Shown in pieces: positions 11,606 to 24,575 of a stretch of 64,000 nucleotides of DNA. The stretch comes from Candidatus Hydrogenedentota bacterium. Lineage in GTDB: Bacteria; Hydrogenedentota; Hydrogenedentia; Hydrogenedentales; SLHB01. The stretch is from NCBI GenBank assembly GCA_963745075.1, contig CAVUWV010000036.1, forward strand, positions 192,001-256,000. Direction: 5' to 3'. The notes beneath the pieces were generated by a model. It did not search any database. It was given only the letters and a program-made list of their open reading frames with translations, and was not told where the DNA came from. Position 1 is the stretch's first letter, and the number at the start of each line of letters is the position of its first letter. Position numbers and translations under genes: made by a program.

Positions 11606-13528
11606 CTACTTATAACTCCGCGTCGCCAAGTGTACTTCTTCAAATTCCAGCGATTCCTTGTGCAGTTCCGGCGCTTCGCCGATGCCGGTAAACTCCCATG
11701 CGGACACGAAGGCAAAGTTTTCGTCGTCGCGCTTGGCCTCGCCCTCTTCTGTCTGATGTTCTTCGCGGAAATGGCCGCCGCACGACTCCTCCCGGTGCAA
11801 GGCGTCGCGCACCAGCAGTTCGGCAAATTCGAGGAAATCGGCCACGCGTCCGGCCTTTTCGAGGTTCTGGTTGAGATCTTCTTCCGTGCCGGTGACGACG
11901 ACGTTCTCCCAGAACTCCTGCCGGATTGCGGGAATTTCTTCGAGGGCTTCACCGAGTCCCTTTGCGTTGCGGGCCATGCCGCACTTTTCCCAAAGCAGCA
12001 GACCAAGCTGCCGGTGGAAATCGTCGACGGTGCGTTTGCCTTTGATGCCCAGCAACGTGTCGATGCGCGCTTTGGCGTCTTCCTCTGCTTTCTTGAACTC
12101 TGCGTGGTCCGTATCGACCTTCTCGAACTTGTGGCTGCCGAAGTAGTGGCCGAGCGTGTACGGGATCACGAAGTAGCCGTCGGCCAACCCTTGCATCAAG
12201 GCGCTCGCGCCGAGCCGGTTCGCGCCGTGATCGGAGAAGTTGGCTTCGCCCAATACGTGCAGCCCCGGCAGGTTGCTCATCAAGTTGTAGTCCACCCACA
12301 AGCCGCCCATAGCGTAGTGCACGGCCGGGTAAATCATCATGGGCACCTGATACGGGTTGTCGTCCACAATACGTTCGTACATCTCGAACAAGTTTCCATA
12401 GCGCTGCTCGATAACGTCGTGGCCCAGCCGCTCGAGGGCGTCGCGGAAATCCAGGTACACAGCCTGCCCGGTCGAGCCCACGCCGTGACCCCCGTCGCAG
12501 ACCTCCTTGGCGCTGCGGGATGAGATGTCGCGTGGCGCGAGATTTCCAAAGCTCGGGTACTTGCGTTCCAGGTAGTAGTCGCGGTCCTCTTCGGGGATTT
12601 CGTTGGCCGGACGCTTATCGTCGGGATTTTTCGGCACCCAGATGCGCCCGTCGTTGCGCAGGCTTTCGCTCATGAGCGTCAGCTTGGACTGGTAGTCGCC
12701 GTGAACGGGGATGCACGTGGGATGGATTTGCGTGTAACAGGGGTTCGCGAAGTACGCGCCCTTTTTGTGCGCGCGCCAAGCCGCCGTCACGTTGCAGGCC
12801 TTCGCGTTGGTGGAAAGATAAAACGTATTGCCGTAACCGCCCGTGCACAACAAAACCGCGTCGCCCGCGTGGGACTCGATCTTGCCCGTCAACAGATTAC
12901 GGCATACGATGCCGCGCGCCTGGCCATCAATGACCACCAAGTCCAGCATTTCGCGCCGGTGCATCACCGTCACGCCGCCCCGGCTGACTTCTTTCATCAG
13001 GGCGCTGTAGGCCCCGAGCAGCAACTGCTGCCCCGTTTGGCCGCGCGCATAGAATGTGCGGCTCACTTGCGCCCCACCGAAGGACCGGTTGTCGAGTAAC
13101 CCACCGTATTCGCGCGCGAAAGGCACGCCCTGCGCGACGCACTGGTCGATGATGTTCACGCTGACTTCGGCCAGGCGATACACGTTCGCCTCGCGCGACC
13201 GGAAGTCGCCCCCCTTCACCGTATCGTAGAACAGGCGATAGACGCTGTCGCCGTCGTTCTGATAATTCTTCGCGGCGTTAATGCCGCCCTGCGCCGCGAT
13301 GCTGTGGGCGCGGCGCGGACTGTCCTGGATGCAGAACGACTTGACGTTGTATCCCAACTCCGACAACGTGGCTGCCGCCGAAGCGCCGGCCAGCCCGGTA
13401 CCCACCACGATGACCGTGTACTTCCGTTTATTCGACGGATTCACCAACTTCATGTCGAACTTGTGGCGGGTCCACTTTTCCGCCATGGGGCCGCTGGGAA
13501 TCTTCGAATCGAGGCCGTTACCACTCAT
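11606..13528 (-). CDS. sdhA: Succinate dehydrogenase/fumarate reductase flavoprotein subunit
   Basis: GTGLAG FAD motif, [38 protein letters not shown]. Confidence 0.96.
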   Translation of the reverse strand: MSGNGLDSKIPSGPMAEKWTRHKFDMKLVNPSNKRKYTVIVVGTGLAGASAAATLSELGYNVKSFCIQDSPRRAHSIAAQGGINAAKNYQNDGDSVYRLFYDTVKGGDFRSREANVYRLAEVSVNIIDQCVAQGVPFAREYGGLLDNRSFGGAQVSRTFYARGQTGQQLLLGAYSALMKEVSRGGVTVMHRREMLDLVVIDGQARGIVCRNLLTGKIESHAGDAVLLCTGGYGNTFYLSTNAKACNVTAAWRAHKKGAYFANPCYTQIHPTCIPVHGDYQSKLTLMSESLRNDGRIWVPKNPDDKRPANEIPEEDRDYYLERKYPSFGNLAPRDISSRSAKEVCDGGHGVGSTGQAVYLDFRDALERLGHDVIEQRYGNLFEMYERIVDDNPYQVPMMIYPAVHYAMGGLWVDYNLMSNLPGLHVLGEANFSDHGANRLGASALMQGLADGYFVIPYTLGHYFGSHKFEKVDTDHAEFKKAEEDAKARIDTLLGIKGKRTVDDFHRQLGLLLWEKCGMARNAKGLGEALEEIPAIRQEFWENVVVTGTEEDLNQNLEKAGRVADFLEFAELLVRDALHREESCGGHFREEHQTEEGEAKRDDENFAFVSAWEFTGIGEAPELHKESLEFEEVHLATRSYK

Positions 13529-13562
13529 TCCAGTACTCCGAATCCTTTCCGCACGGACCGCG

Positions 13563-14267
13563 TTACACGCCCGGCCCTATGGTGAAATGGCGAATGACAA
13601 TATACACAGGTACGAGGCTGAACCCGATGGCTACGATGGCGCCAAGCGCGATGCTGATCTTACGAATCAGGGGCGTGTAGCGATCGTGGAAAAAGCCGAT
13701 CGTTTGAAACAGGCTCTGAATGCCATGGCTCAAATGCAGACCGACACAACATACCGCGAGAATGTAGAACAGCGAGCGGGGAAGAAACGTGAAGGAGTTC
13801 CATACCAATCCGTAGAGGCCGAAACTGACGTCGCCTTCCGCAGTCGGTAGGACGGTGTCAGGACCGGTCTTCGCGGGAAACGTAAAGTCGGTGAGGTGCA
13901 GGAAAATGAAGAAGAAGACCAGAAGCCCCGTGTAGATCATGGTCTTCTTCGCGAAATTCGTTTCGCCCAGGTCGTTTTGAACCGCGTAGCGGTGCGTGCG
14001 GGCCGCGCGGTTTTCCAGCACCAGGGCTATCGTGAAATAGACGTGTACGACGAAGGCCGCGATCAGAATCAGGCGGGCCACCCACAAAAGTTCCGGGATG
14101 GCGTGCAACAGCTCGGAATAGCCGTTCAGCGACTCGGGACCCACAAGAATCAGCAGGTTTCCCGCCATATGCATTAAGATAAAGCCAACCCCGACAAGGC
14201 CGGTCACCGCCACGATCTGCTTCTTGAACACCGAACTACGCAGCATTCCGCCGATTTGTCCGCTCAT
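13563..14267 (-). CDS. sdhC: Succinate dehydrogenase cytochrome b558 subunit
   Basis: Five TM helices with conserved His residues (HMAGNL, HV, HL, HLSHG); directly upstream of sdhA. Confidence 0.92.
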   Translation of the reverse strand: MSGQIGGMLRSSVFKKQIVAVTGLVGVGFILMHMAGNLLILVGPESLNGYSELLHAIPELLWVARLILIAAFVVHVYFTIALVLENRAARTHRYAVQNDLGETNFAKKTMIYTGLLVFFFIFLHLTDFTFPAKTGPDTVLPTAEGDVSFGLYGLVWNSFTFLPRSLFYILAVCCVGLHLSHGIQSLFQTIGFFHDRYTPLIRKISIALGAIVAIGFSLVPVYIVIRHFTIGPGV

Positions 14268-14381
14268 GCGTTTCTAAACTCTCTGTTACTACCCCGGTTA
14301 CCAAATACCGCGACACGCGAGGATCGAGTATACCACTCGGAGGGGTCAAGCAAAAATGAGTGCGGTCCGCGCGTGCACCCG

Positions 14382-14795
14382 TCAGTATGCGCCGCCCTGC
14401 GCTTCCAGGAACTCGGCGAATTCCTCGTAGCCCAGCCACTTCGCGAGCGCGAAGGGCGTCAGGTCCGTAATGCTCTCTTCCCGCGGATTGATGTTGGCGC
14501 CGCGGTTTATGAGGAGCTTGGCCAAATCCAGATATCCCGTAATCGCCGCCCAGTGCAACGCCGTCAGCCCGTATCCGTCCGTCGCGTTAATGTCGGCTCC
14601 ACTTTCGAGGGAAAACTTCACGTCCGCGATTCGGGAATTCCGGGCGGCCTCGTGAAGGGGGGTGTCGAGTGCCGGATTGGGTGGCTCAATGACCTTCATG
14701 ATCAAGGTCGCGGTCGCGGAATGGCCACATTTGAGCGCCCGTGATACGGGGGTCTCTCCGAAAGCGTCTTCCGTATTGGTCCAATCGTCCGTCAT
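14382..14795 (-). CDS. Ankyrin repeat protein
   Basis: TPLHEAA, GADIN, TALHWAA, GANIN repeats. Confidence 0.85.
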   Translation of the reverse strand: MTDDWTNTEDAFGETPVSRALKCGHSATATLIMKVIEPPNPALDTPLHEAARNSRIADVKFSLESGADINATDGYGLTALHWAAITGYLDLAKLLINRGANINPREESITDLTPFALAKWLGYEEFAEFLEAQGGAY

Positions 14796-14946
14796 GGGTG
14801 TCGCTCCGCCGTGACGCGTATCTACCCCACGGCATTCGCCGGCATTCCGCGCTACAGCATACCTTCACACGGCCCCATGTCGATCTTCCTACCTATATTG
14901 TATCGCGTTCGACGCGATCCGGCAATGGGTCGGATTATTTTTCACC

Positions 14947-16737
<1,791 letters not shown>

Positions 16738-16743
16738 GGCGGT

Positions 16744-17007
16744 TTACTCGTCGACGTGGTGCGAGATGTCGTACTTGTCCATCCGCCACGCGTAGTAAAA
16801 GATCATCGCCACGAACACGTAGATGGAGCCTTGTTGCGCCATCCAGAACCCGAACGGCACGCCGAAAAACGTGATCCGGTTCAGTTGCTCCACAAACAGA
16901 ATGCCGCACCCAAACGAGACTACGGCCCAGATGACCAGCAGCTTCGCGATGAGCCGCTCGTTCGCCCGCCAGTACCGCGCGTATTGCTCGTGCTTGTCCT
17001 CGGACAC
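16744..17007 (-). CDS. DUF4212 small subunit of the solute symporter
   Basis: YW..N, GVPFGFWMAQQGSIYVF motif; GGGAGGGAG RBS before the GTG at 17007; adjacent to the symporter. Confidence 0.88.
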   Translation of the reverse strand: MSEDKHEQYARYWRANERLIAKLLVIWAVVSFGCGILFVEQLNRITFFGVPFGFWMAQQGSIYVFVAMIFYYAWRMDKYDISHHVDE

Positions 17008-17232
17008 AGTACTCCCTCCCTGCTTGTTTGGTGCCGAAAGGCACAACATGCCCCACAGGATTCCTGCTTGACCGCCTTGCACCGGAGACCATAGCGAACC
17101 CGAACGCCCCGCGCAACCTTGCCGGTGAAGAGTTACCTCACCACGAAACACACGACAGGCACGAAAGAAATAAGAAAGGAACTTCTTCTCTTCGCGTACT
17201 TCGTGCTTGTACGAGATAGGGACCTCGTGTGG

Positions 17233-17988
17233 CTACGTGTAGTTTGTGGGGGCTCCGGCGTTCACCTCATACGACGCGCGATTCGGTTCGCCAAAGGCAA
17301 CCGCGCCGTGCACGGCGCACAAGCCGACCCCGACCGCCGCAGCGAGAAGCAAGCCCTTGGCGAGGGCAACGCTTACGAAGAACAGAACTACGCTCAAACC
17401 CACCCACCGCGCGTAGCGATTGGGTCGCCAAGAGCCTCCTGCGACGGAAAAGGCGACTAATGACACAACTAACCAGCCCAGGAAGTTCGTCGCGGGGATG
17501 CCGTAGTACCAGCCGGGGTGCTCCCAGGCCCAGTAATTCAGCGGGCCCGCAGCCAACGGATCGATGACGAGATCGATGGCGGTCATCCACAGTGCCGCCA
17601 GGGGCACGCGTGTCCGCGCGGGCAGGCTGATTTCGCGCAGCATGTCCTGGATGTAGACAAGCAGGATCATCCACGCCGCGATCATGACGACGGGCACGCC
17701 GAACAGGTGCGGCCGGAGCACATGCGTGTATGCGTACGCGCCGAACGGCAGGTTCGTGTGCACGCCGAGAATCTCTGAGGCGAATCCCACGCCCCCGCAC
17801 AACAGAATGCGCGGAATATTGCGCGGCGCGCTCCCGGCTAGAACGAGCACCCCCGCCAACGCGAGAAACAGCGGCGCCGTCCAGGCAACATGCTCGGGGG
17901 GACCGCCGAAAATCCAATAGGCGCCGACGCCTCCAAGCCAGAAGAATCCGTACGCTAAGACGAGCGCTATCATCATCGCCTTACGCAT
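17233..17988 (-). CDS. Carotenoid biosynthesis membrane protein (CruF-like 1,2-hydratase, DUF422)
   Basis: E.LGV.T..PFGAY.Y, D.VIDP, YW.W, YYGIP..NFLGW motifs; last gene of the crt cluster. Confidence 0.85.
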   Translation of the reverse strand: MRKAMMIALVLAYGFFWLGGVGAYWIFGGPPEHVAWTAPLFLALAGVLVLAGSAPRNIPRILLCGGVGFASEILGVHTNLPFGAYAYTHVLRPHLFGVPVVMIAAWMILLVYIQDMLREISLPARTRVPLAALWMTAIDLVIDPLAAGPLNYWAWEHPGWYYGIPATNFLGWLVVSLVAFSVAGGSWRPNRYARWVGLSVVLFFVSVALAKGLLLAAAVGVGLCAVHGAVAFGEPNRASYEVNAGAPTNYT

Positions 17989-19459
17989 GCTCGTGCTTCC
18001 GGATCAGTTCGCTGGTCATTGCCGCGGAAAGCAAGACCGTGGGCGTGCCGCCTCCGGGGTGCGTGCTTCCTCCCACGTAATACAGTCCCGCGTAACGTTT
18101 GTCTTTGTTCGGTGGTCGAAGAAACGCGCGACGCCAACCGTGCGAGTGCGTTCCATAAATCGCCCCGCCCGGCATCAGGAAGCGGTCCGCGATGGTGCGC
18201 GGCGTCCAAACCTGTTCCACCCGGATGTCCTGCGCAATATCCGGAAACCCGCCTTTTGCCAGGCGCGCAAACACGCGCTTCCGCGCTTCGGCAATCTGCG
18301 CGTCGTCCCAGGGGTCGTGGTCGTTCGCGGGCGCGTTTGCCATGACGAATAGGGCTTCTCCCTCGCCGGGAACCAACGAACGATCGCTCCGGCTCGGTGC
18401 GCTGACGTACACCGTTGGATCGTCAGGGAACCGCCGTTCCTCGAACAGTTGGCGAAATTCACGCGCGTAGTCCTTGGAAAAGTACACGGTGTGATGATGC
18501 AATTCTTGCAGCGACCGGCGCACACCGAGTAGAAACACGAGCCCCGACATGGATCGCTCCGGCGCCGCCAGGGTCGAATCCGAAGCGTCGCCCAACAATG
18601 ATGGAGCCGACGAGGCGTCTCCATTCATGACGACCGCGTCCGCCTCGATCTGCTCCCCGCCGTCGGTTTCCACACCGGTCACGCGCCGGTCTTCTTGAGT
18701 GATACGTGTTACTCGAGTATTCACGCGCACGGCGACGCCCAACTCCTGGGCGATGGCAACCAAGCTCTCCACAATGCGATACAGACCGCCGTTGACGTAC
18801 CAACCGCCGAACGCGAATTCAATATACGGAATCACCAGCAACGTCGCCGGGCTCGCATACGGCGAAGAACCCACGTAGGTCGGGTACCGATCGTAGAGCT
18901 GCCGCAAATGCGGGCTCTTAAAGAACGACACGACCGCCTTGTGGTAATTGCCCCACGCGTGGCGCACGGGGAAATGGCGCAAGGCCCGGATTCCCTCCCA
19001 ATCCGGCAGGTCGCCGGGCGGACGACGCAGAAAGGTCGCGTTCGATAGCTCGAATAAGCGCGCGCCAAGCCGCAGGAACCGCAGGAAACCATCCACGTCG
19101 CGCGGCTCCAGCCCGCGAAGGGTCTCCAGCCATTCCGGCATGGAACTGGAATAGGTGAACTCCGTGCCGTCGTCGAAACGGTAGCGGGCCAGGGGCCGCA
19201 TCGGTGTAAGGTCGAGATAGTCAGCAAGCCGTTTGCCCGCCGCCTCGAACAGGTGCTCGAAGACCCACGGCATCGTGATCAACGATGGTCCGGTATCAAA
19301 CGTGAAACCGTCGGACTGAAACCGGTTCATCTTACCGCCGACGGTGGGACCCTGTTCGCAAACCGTGACCCGCCACCCGCGCGCCGCAAGGCGAATCGCA
19401 GCCGCCAATCCGCCGAGTCCGCCGCCAATAACCGCTGCATGCGTTGGTGTCTTGTCCAT
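17981..19459 (-). CDS. Phytoene desaturase family protein (CrtI/CrtD-like)
   Basis: GGGLGGL, FDTGPSLITMP, C-terminal VGGSTHPGGGTP; start taken at MDKTP. Confidence 0.9.
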   Translation of the reverse strand: MDKTPTHAAVIGGGLGGLAAAIRLAARGWRVTVCEQGPTVGGKMNRFQSDGFTFDTGPSLITMPWVFEHLFEAAGKRLADYLDLTPMRPLARYRFDDGTEFTYSSSMPEWLETLRGLEPRDVDGFLRFLRLGARLFELSNATFLRRPPGDLPDWEGIRALRHFPVRHAWGNYHKAVVSFFKSPHLRQLYDRYPTYVGSSPYASPATLLVIPYIEFAFGGWYVNGGLYRIVESLVAIAQELGVAVRVNTRVTRITQEDRRVTGVETDGGEQIEADAVVMNGDASSAPSLLGDASDSTLAAPERSMSGLVFLLGVRRSLQELHHHTVYFSKDYAREFRQLFEERRFPDDPTVYVSAPSRSDRSLVPGEGEALFVMANAPANDHDPWDDAQIAEARKRVFARLAKGGFPDIAQDIRVEQVWTPRTIADRFLMPGGAIYGTHSHGWRRAFLRPPNKDKRYAGLYYVGGSTHPGGGTPTVLLSAAMTSELIRKHEHA

Positions 19460-19485
19460 GATCCCGCGTGTTTGCCCCGAAACCC

Positions 19486-20627
19486 TCAGTGACTGGTCCG
19501 GTATTGCCGGCCCTTCCAATCGACACCCCGGCCCGTAGCACACCGCCACCAGGACGCGACGCCCAAGCCGATCAGCATCGCTTCGGCGAGAGGATGTCCC
19601 AACGCAGACCATAGGGGTTGCCCAAACCGCATGGCAAGCAATACGCGGGACGCAAAAATACATCCCGAAGCCCCCACGAGCGGCGTCCATCCGGGAATGC
19701 CGGCTAACGCCATGGGCAGCGCTGCAAATGGTGTTAGAAAGACAAGGCCGTGGAAAACCAGGAACAACCAGAACACCGCCCCATGATGAAACGCGGGATA
19801 GAAATTCTTTCGGAATCCCTTCCAAATCTCGCTCAACGATCCGTACATGCGCACGCGGACGACATCTTGCCCGTCCAGACAGATACCCCGCTCTCCGCGC
19901 TGACGCCACACACGGGCAATACGCGTATCCTCGAAGATTTCATTGCGAACGGATTCATGCCCCCCGACGCGAGCATAGGCATTTCTCTGCACGAAGATAC
20001 AGGCACCATGGGCAAGACCGAGCGACGTATCCCAGCGCCGCAAGGACAAGGGCGCGGGGAACATGGTGAACACAATGAAGTTCAACATGGGCATAAGCAA
20101 ACGTTCCCAGAACCCGCCCAGAACAAATCCCGGCCAGCAGGACAGGAGCGTGACGTCACGGGCCCGGACCTCGTGAATCATCCGCGCCACAGCTTGCGGC
20201 TCCAGCCGCGCGTCCGCGTCCAAAAACAACAACCATTGGGACCGCGCAGCGGCGGCTAGGCGCGCACAGGCAAAGTTTTTGCCGCACCAGCCGTTCGGCA
20301 ACGCATGGGGTTCGAGCAGCCGGACCCGCTCATCATCGGCGCGGAGCATGCGAACGACTTCGGCGGTGCCATCCGTGGAATGGTCGTCGTACACCAGCAC
20401 TTCCCGCACCGCACCGCCCTGGCGCAGATACGGATTCGATGCACGCTCCCAGTGTCCCGGCTTCGTTGCGCGCAGGGATCAGAACGGACACCGTGGCGAT
20501 CTCGCCCCGTCGAAGGCATGCGCAACGCCGGGCCAAGACACGACGTTCCACATGACGAGCAAGAGCGCGCCGAACGCTCATGAAGCAAACACTGTAGCCA
20601 AGAATCAGCACCGCGGTTCCTTATCAT
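19486..20627 (-). CDS. GT2 glycosyltransferase (carotenoid glycosyltransferase, CruC/CrtQ-like); several frameshifts in the 5' 230 bp
   Basis: VSVLIPARNE, DDHSTDGT, GWCGKN, LFLDAD, ED, and C-terminal WKGR motifs spread over several frames. Confidence 0.82.
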
Positions 20628-21443
20628 TCAATTGGCGAATGCGTCAGTGCGTGACGACGAATGGCGTCGGCAGTTTGCGATCCCACCGGGCATATCCCGG
20701 AAGGTGTGCCCGGTCCAAATGCGACGGAGGCGACCTGAACCGTCGCTTCCACGAGGGGACTGTGACCGGCTCCGGCCAACGCATGCTCCCGAGCCTGCGG
20801 CCAGACCGATTGCCAGATCACAACCGATTTTTTCACCGCAGTAAACGAACGCTCTCCGCAAACCAGGTCAATCGGGATAGCAAGATCGGAGAACGTTTCC
20901 CAATGCGGCACGCGGCGAAACGCCCGCAACACATCCAGGATAAAGTCGTGGTCCACGTTTTCAAAAGATCTTGTAAGACTGGAATGGCCGGTGCGTTTCT
21001 TTCGCAGGACCGCGTTCGTGAAATGGCGACCCACCGGGTTGGCAAACGTGCTGAAGTACGCGCGTCGCCCGAATTCGCCCCACGTGAAGATTTTGAAATA
21101 GAGCGGCATGTACGCGAACGGATCGATCAGCACTAGCCGCGCCACCCGATCCGGCACTCGTTGAGCCGCCATCATGGCAAGGTTCCCGCCGCCGCAATAG
21201 CCAAGCAGCGTCACGGGCTCGCGCGACACCATGCATATGACGTTCTGCGAGCGCGTCGGCCATCGCATCCAAGGTCCACGCGACGGGTCTTGGCGAAAGA
21301 CCGTACCCCGGAAGGTCGACACTGTACAGCGCGGCCTCCTCCGGCAGATAGGGAACCAGCGGACGGAAGGTGCGGTGATTGCCCGCCCACCCGTGCACCG
21401 CCAGATAGGCCGTTCCACCGGTGCCGTAGGGTTCAACGTGCAC
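20624..21443 (-). CDS. Alpha/beta-fold hydrolase with Cys at the nucleophile elbow; frameshift near 21240
   Basis: HGWAG and DLPGYGLS in one frame, then LLGYCGGG, LVLIDP and GHSP in another. Confidence 0.8.
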
Positions 21444-22953
21444 GGGCCGCGATCCTTTCCGCCGTCAGACGTCCACCGAGGACGACCATGGGCATCCCCG
21501 TCCCCGGCGTGGTGCTCGCGCCCACATAATACATCCCTTCCACGGTGTCGAGATAGTTCTTCGCACGGAAGGGGCCAACTTGGAATAGATTGTGTGCCGC
21601 ACCAAATGCGGAACCGTCGTAGAGCCCGAAAGTGTCGCGCCAGTCTTCGGGCGTGTATACCCGCTCAAACACAATGCGTTGCGGATCGAGTTCGGCTCCG
21701 TGATGGGCGAGCCGTTCCAGCACGCGATTCTTAACCGAGGGGATCGCGCTGCGCCAATCGAAGCCCGGCATTTCACTGAGCAGCGGGGTCGGCACAAGAA
21801 CGAACATGGCCGCATCGTCTGCCGGCGCGAGGTCCGGATCCGTCTCGGAAGGCACGCTCACGTAGAACGGAAGTCCACGGGGAATCTGGTGGTTGCGCAT
21901 GAGATCATCAAAGGCGCCACGATAATCGTCGGGCAAGTAGATCGTGTGGTGAGGCATGCCCTCGACTTTGCCCCGAATGCCCCAGTAGAACGTCATCACG
22001 CCGCAGGTCATGCGCGTGCGGTCCGTTTTGCGTTGGAGGTCCTCTCCCAGTCCATTCGCGGCCAGCAGCATCGTGTCCGTCGTCGGCACATCCACGTTCG
22101 ACACGACTGCGGAAGCCCGCACACGTTCGCCGTCGGCAAGGTCCAACCCGGTAATCCGGAGATTCTCCATCCGGATCCGGCTGACGCGCCGTCCCGTGTG
22201 AATCTCGACGCCCATATCCCGTGCGAGCCGCTCGATGCCTTCGACCAGACCGTAGATGCCGCCTTTGGGGAGCCACAAGCCATACGCCAGTTCGCCATAG
22301 GGCAGGATGGAAAAGAACCCCGGCAATTCGTGGGGGGAGCCGCCCAGATACATGCCGTAGGAACCCAGTGCCTCTTTGATGTAGCGACTTTTGAAAAAGC
22401 GTCCGAGTTCGCTGTATAGCGAACGCCACACGCTGAGCTTCGCCATCTGACGCGGCGAAAGAGCGCCGATCCACTTCAGCGGATTGTCCTCGTTCCGGGT
22501 CACGAGTTTGTCGAAGGCCAGATTGTATTTTGCCGCGGCATCGCGCAGATAACTCAAGACGCCTGGCGTGGAACCGGGATCAATACGGTCGCACTCGGCC
22601 AACAGTTTCTCGAGATTGCTGGACAACGTGAAATGCGTACCGTCCTGCCACTGAAAACTCACGGACGGTTCGACCGGAAGCAAGGTCACGTAGTCCTCGA
22701 GCCGCCGTCCCGCCGCTTCGAAGAGTTCGTGAAACACCCACGGGTAATTCAACAGCGAGGGTCCCGTATCGAACCGGAAGCCAGCTTCCTCGATGACGTT
22801 CGCCCGGCCGCCGACGCGATCGTTGGCCTCGTACATGACGACGTCGAATCCGGCGACGCGAAGATGGATCGCTGCGCTCAGCCCGCCAAGCCCGGCCCCG
22901 ACAATGACGACGCGGCTCTTAGCCTCGGTCGAGGGTGCGTTTGTCGTGCCCAT
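21433..22953 (-). CDS. crtI: Phytoene desaturase
   Basis: GAGLGGL, FDTGPS, PKGG, VGASTTPGTGMPMV; immediately follows crtB. Confidence 0.88.
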   Translation of the reverse strand: MGTTNAPSTEAKSRVVIVGAGLGGLSAAIHLRVAGFDVVMYEANDRVGGRANVIEEAGFRFDTGPSLLNYPWVFHELFEAAGRRLEDYVTLLPVEPSVSFQWQDGTHFTLSSNLEKLLAECDRIDPGSTPGVLSYLRDAAAKYNLAFDKLVTRNEDNPLKWIGALSPRQMAKLSVWRSLYSELGRFFKSRYIKEALGSYGMYLGGSPHELPGFFSILPYGELAYGLWLPKGGIYGLVEGIERLARDMGVEIHTGRRVSRIRMENLRITGLDLADGERVRASAVVSNVDVPTTDTMLLAANGLGEDLQRKTDRTRMTCGVMTFYWGIRGKVEGMPHHTIYLPDDYRGAFDDLMRNHQIPRGLPFYVSVPSETDPDLAPADDAAMFVLVPTPLLSEMPGFDWRSAIPSVKNRVLERLAHHGAELDPQRIVFERVYTPEDWRDTFGLYDGSAFGAAHNLFQVGPFRAKNYLDTVEGMYYVGASTTPGTGMPMVVLGGRLTAERIAARAR

Positions 22954-22957
22954 GCTC

Positions 22958-23959
22958 TCACCACCCCATGTAGGCGAGCGGGAGCCGCCAGTACTTGCTG
23001 CGCGGCAGTACCCTGAATTTCTCGCGCATCGGCACGCTCTCCCGGTGCGCAACTCCGTTCCGACTTGTGCGAATACGTTCGTTCAATTGACCGTACACGT
23101 CGATACAGGCCTGAATTGCCGTCCGGCTGTCCGGTGCGAAAGCGTCCAGGTCCCGTTGCGCTGCCAGGTAATAGGTCGAGGCGACCGTCGCCACGCGATG
23201 AATGACCCTTTTCAGCCCGTGATGTTGTGTGGGGTTCTGGGTGTCTATATGCTCAATCCCCTCTGCCGCCAACATGTCCAGCGGCAAGTACTGCCTTCCC
23301 CTCCGCTGGTCTTCGCCCGCGTCACGGATGAAATTGGTCAATTGCAGCGCAATACCCAGGCTGCGGGCCGCTTCGATCGCACGGCCGAAGTCGGCGGGGC
23401 GCGCCGGACCATAAATGTGCGCCAGAAAGTACCCGACCACGATGGCGCTCCCGTAGATGTACGAGTCAATGAGGTCTTCCATCGTCTCAAAAGACCGAGG
23501 TTCCACGTCCAACCGCATTGCGTCGAGGAAGGCGCGATAATGGTCTTCCGGAATGCCCGTTTCCCGCACCACCCGGGTGAAGGCCCCAAGGAAACAGGGA
23601 ACCCCGTCGTTCACGGCTTCTTGCGTGGTGCGCGCGCGCAGTCCCCGCTCGTAGCTGTCCCGCCATGCGTCCAGTATTCGCAGCCGCTCCGCGGCCGGAA
23701 GAGGGAAGGTGTCAACGACCTCGTCCGGATACCGAACGGCGGCATACACCGCTTCGACTTGAACACGTTTCCGTGGGGGCAGGAATCGCGTCACCGCAAA
23801 GAAGCTGGTGCTGTAGGTCTGCAACACCGCACGCGCCTGCCGGGTGATGACGTCCCGCGCGGCGTCTTCCGTCGCGGTGTGCACCACCCGGCTGCGCATA
23901 CGGTTCTCCAGTCGCACCCAATCCTCAAGCGACCAGATACTCGTGTCGGAGGTTTTCAT
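22958..23959 (-). CDS. crtB: Phytoene/squalene synthase
   Basis: STSFF, YAAVRYPDEVVD, LGIALQLTNFIRD..ED..RGR.YLP. Confidence 0.9.
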   Translation of the reverse strand: MKTSDTSIWSLEDWVRLENRMRSRVVHTATEDAARDVITRQARAVLQTYSTSFFAVTRFLPPRKRVQVEAVYAAVRYPDEVVDTFPLPAAERLRILDAWRDSYERGLRARTTQEAVNDGVPCFLGAFTRVVRETGIPEDHYRAFLDAMRLDVEPRSFETMEDLIDSYIYGSAIVVGYFLAHIYGPARPADFGRAIEAARSLGIALQLTNFIRDAGEDQRRGRQYLPLDMLAAEGIEHIDTQNPTQHHGLKRVIHRVATVASTYYLAAQRDLDAFAPDSRTAIQACIDVYGQLNERIRTSRNGVAHRESVPMREKFRVLPRSKYWRLPLAYMGW

Positions 23960-24279
23960 CCCGTCTCTCCTTCGCCGGTTTGCTTGTTCTCATCTCGCCC
24001 TGCGGACCGATGCTCCGGCGTTCGCGTGATGGGGAGGACCTGTGCGGACTTCCGCCACGCAGGACGGACGGGCTTGCTTTGCGGGAGTCGGAGGTGATGC
24101 GAGGTGCAAGCAAACCACGCACTGAGGGAGACGCGGCCGAATTCTCCCACGGGCTTCGGCCCGCACAGGCCGGGTAGAGAGGAAGCAAACTCATCGCAGG
24201 CGCTGAGCCGGAGCCGAAACCAGCGGCATCGTGGACGCCCAACCAAACCGAATACTCTGTTGCCGCTTTGACTGACCAT
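23956..24279 (-). CDS. Possible hypothetical protein upstream of crtB
   Basis: Its stop overlaps the crtB start (ATGA); no recognisable motif. Confidence 0.25.
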   Translation of the reverse strand: MVSQSGNRVFGLVGRPRCRWFRLRLSACDEFASSLPGLCGPKPVGEFGRVSLSAWFACTSHHLRLPQSKPVRPAWRKSAQVLPITRTPEHRSAGRDENKQTGEGETG

Positions 24280-24312
24280 CTACCGTCTCGACTCTTTTGC
24301 CCAGGATTGTGT

Positions 24313-24341
24313 TGTCTAAGTGATGTCTAAATAACGTCACG
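24313..24341. promoter_or_regulatory. Putative CarH operator upstream of the crt operon
   Basis: TGTCTAA at 24313 and 24324 and CGTCACG at 24335, spaced at 11 bp; reverse complement reads TTAGACA, matching the TnnACA-type repeats of CarH operators. Confidence 0.6.
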
Positions 24342-24538
24342 ATTGTGACACAAGATTCCCGAAAAGGCAAAATTATTCTCCCTCCAACACTCAGATGGTC
24401 CAATTATAGACTTAAATCATTTCATAGCAGTCATTTAATAATTTGAGCCAATACGAATTGGCCCCATCGCCACCGTATCCCGATACTCTTCCAACTTCCC
24501 TTTTTCCATCCGGATTGATTCCTGGTTTCGCCATATTT

Positions 24539-24568
24539 CTAGACATTCATTGAACAAATCAGTATAAC
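24539..24568 (+). promoter_or_regulatory. carH promoter overlapped by operator repeats
   Basis: TAGACA(24540)-17 bp-TATAAC(24563); CTAGACA and TTGAACA 11 bp apart; ATG 7 nt after the -10 box. Confidence 0.6.
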
Positions 24569-24575
24569 TGTAAGT

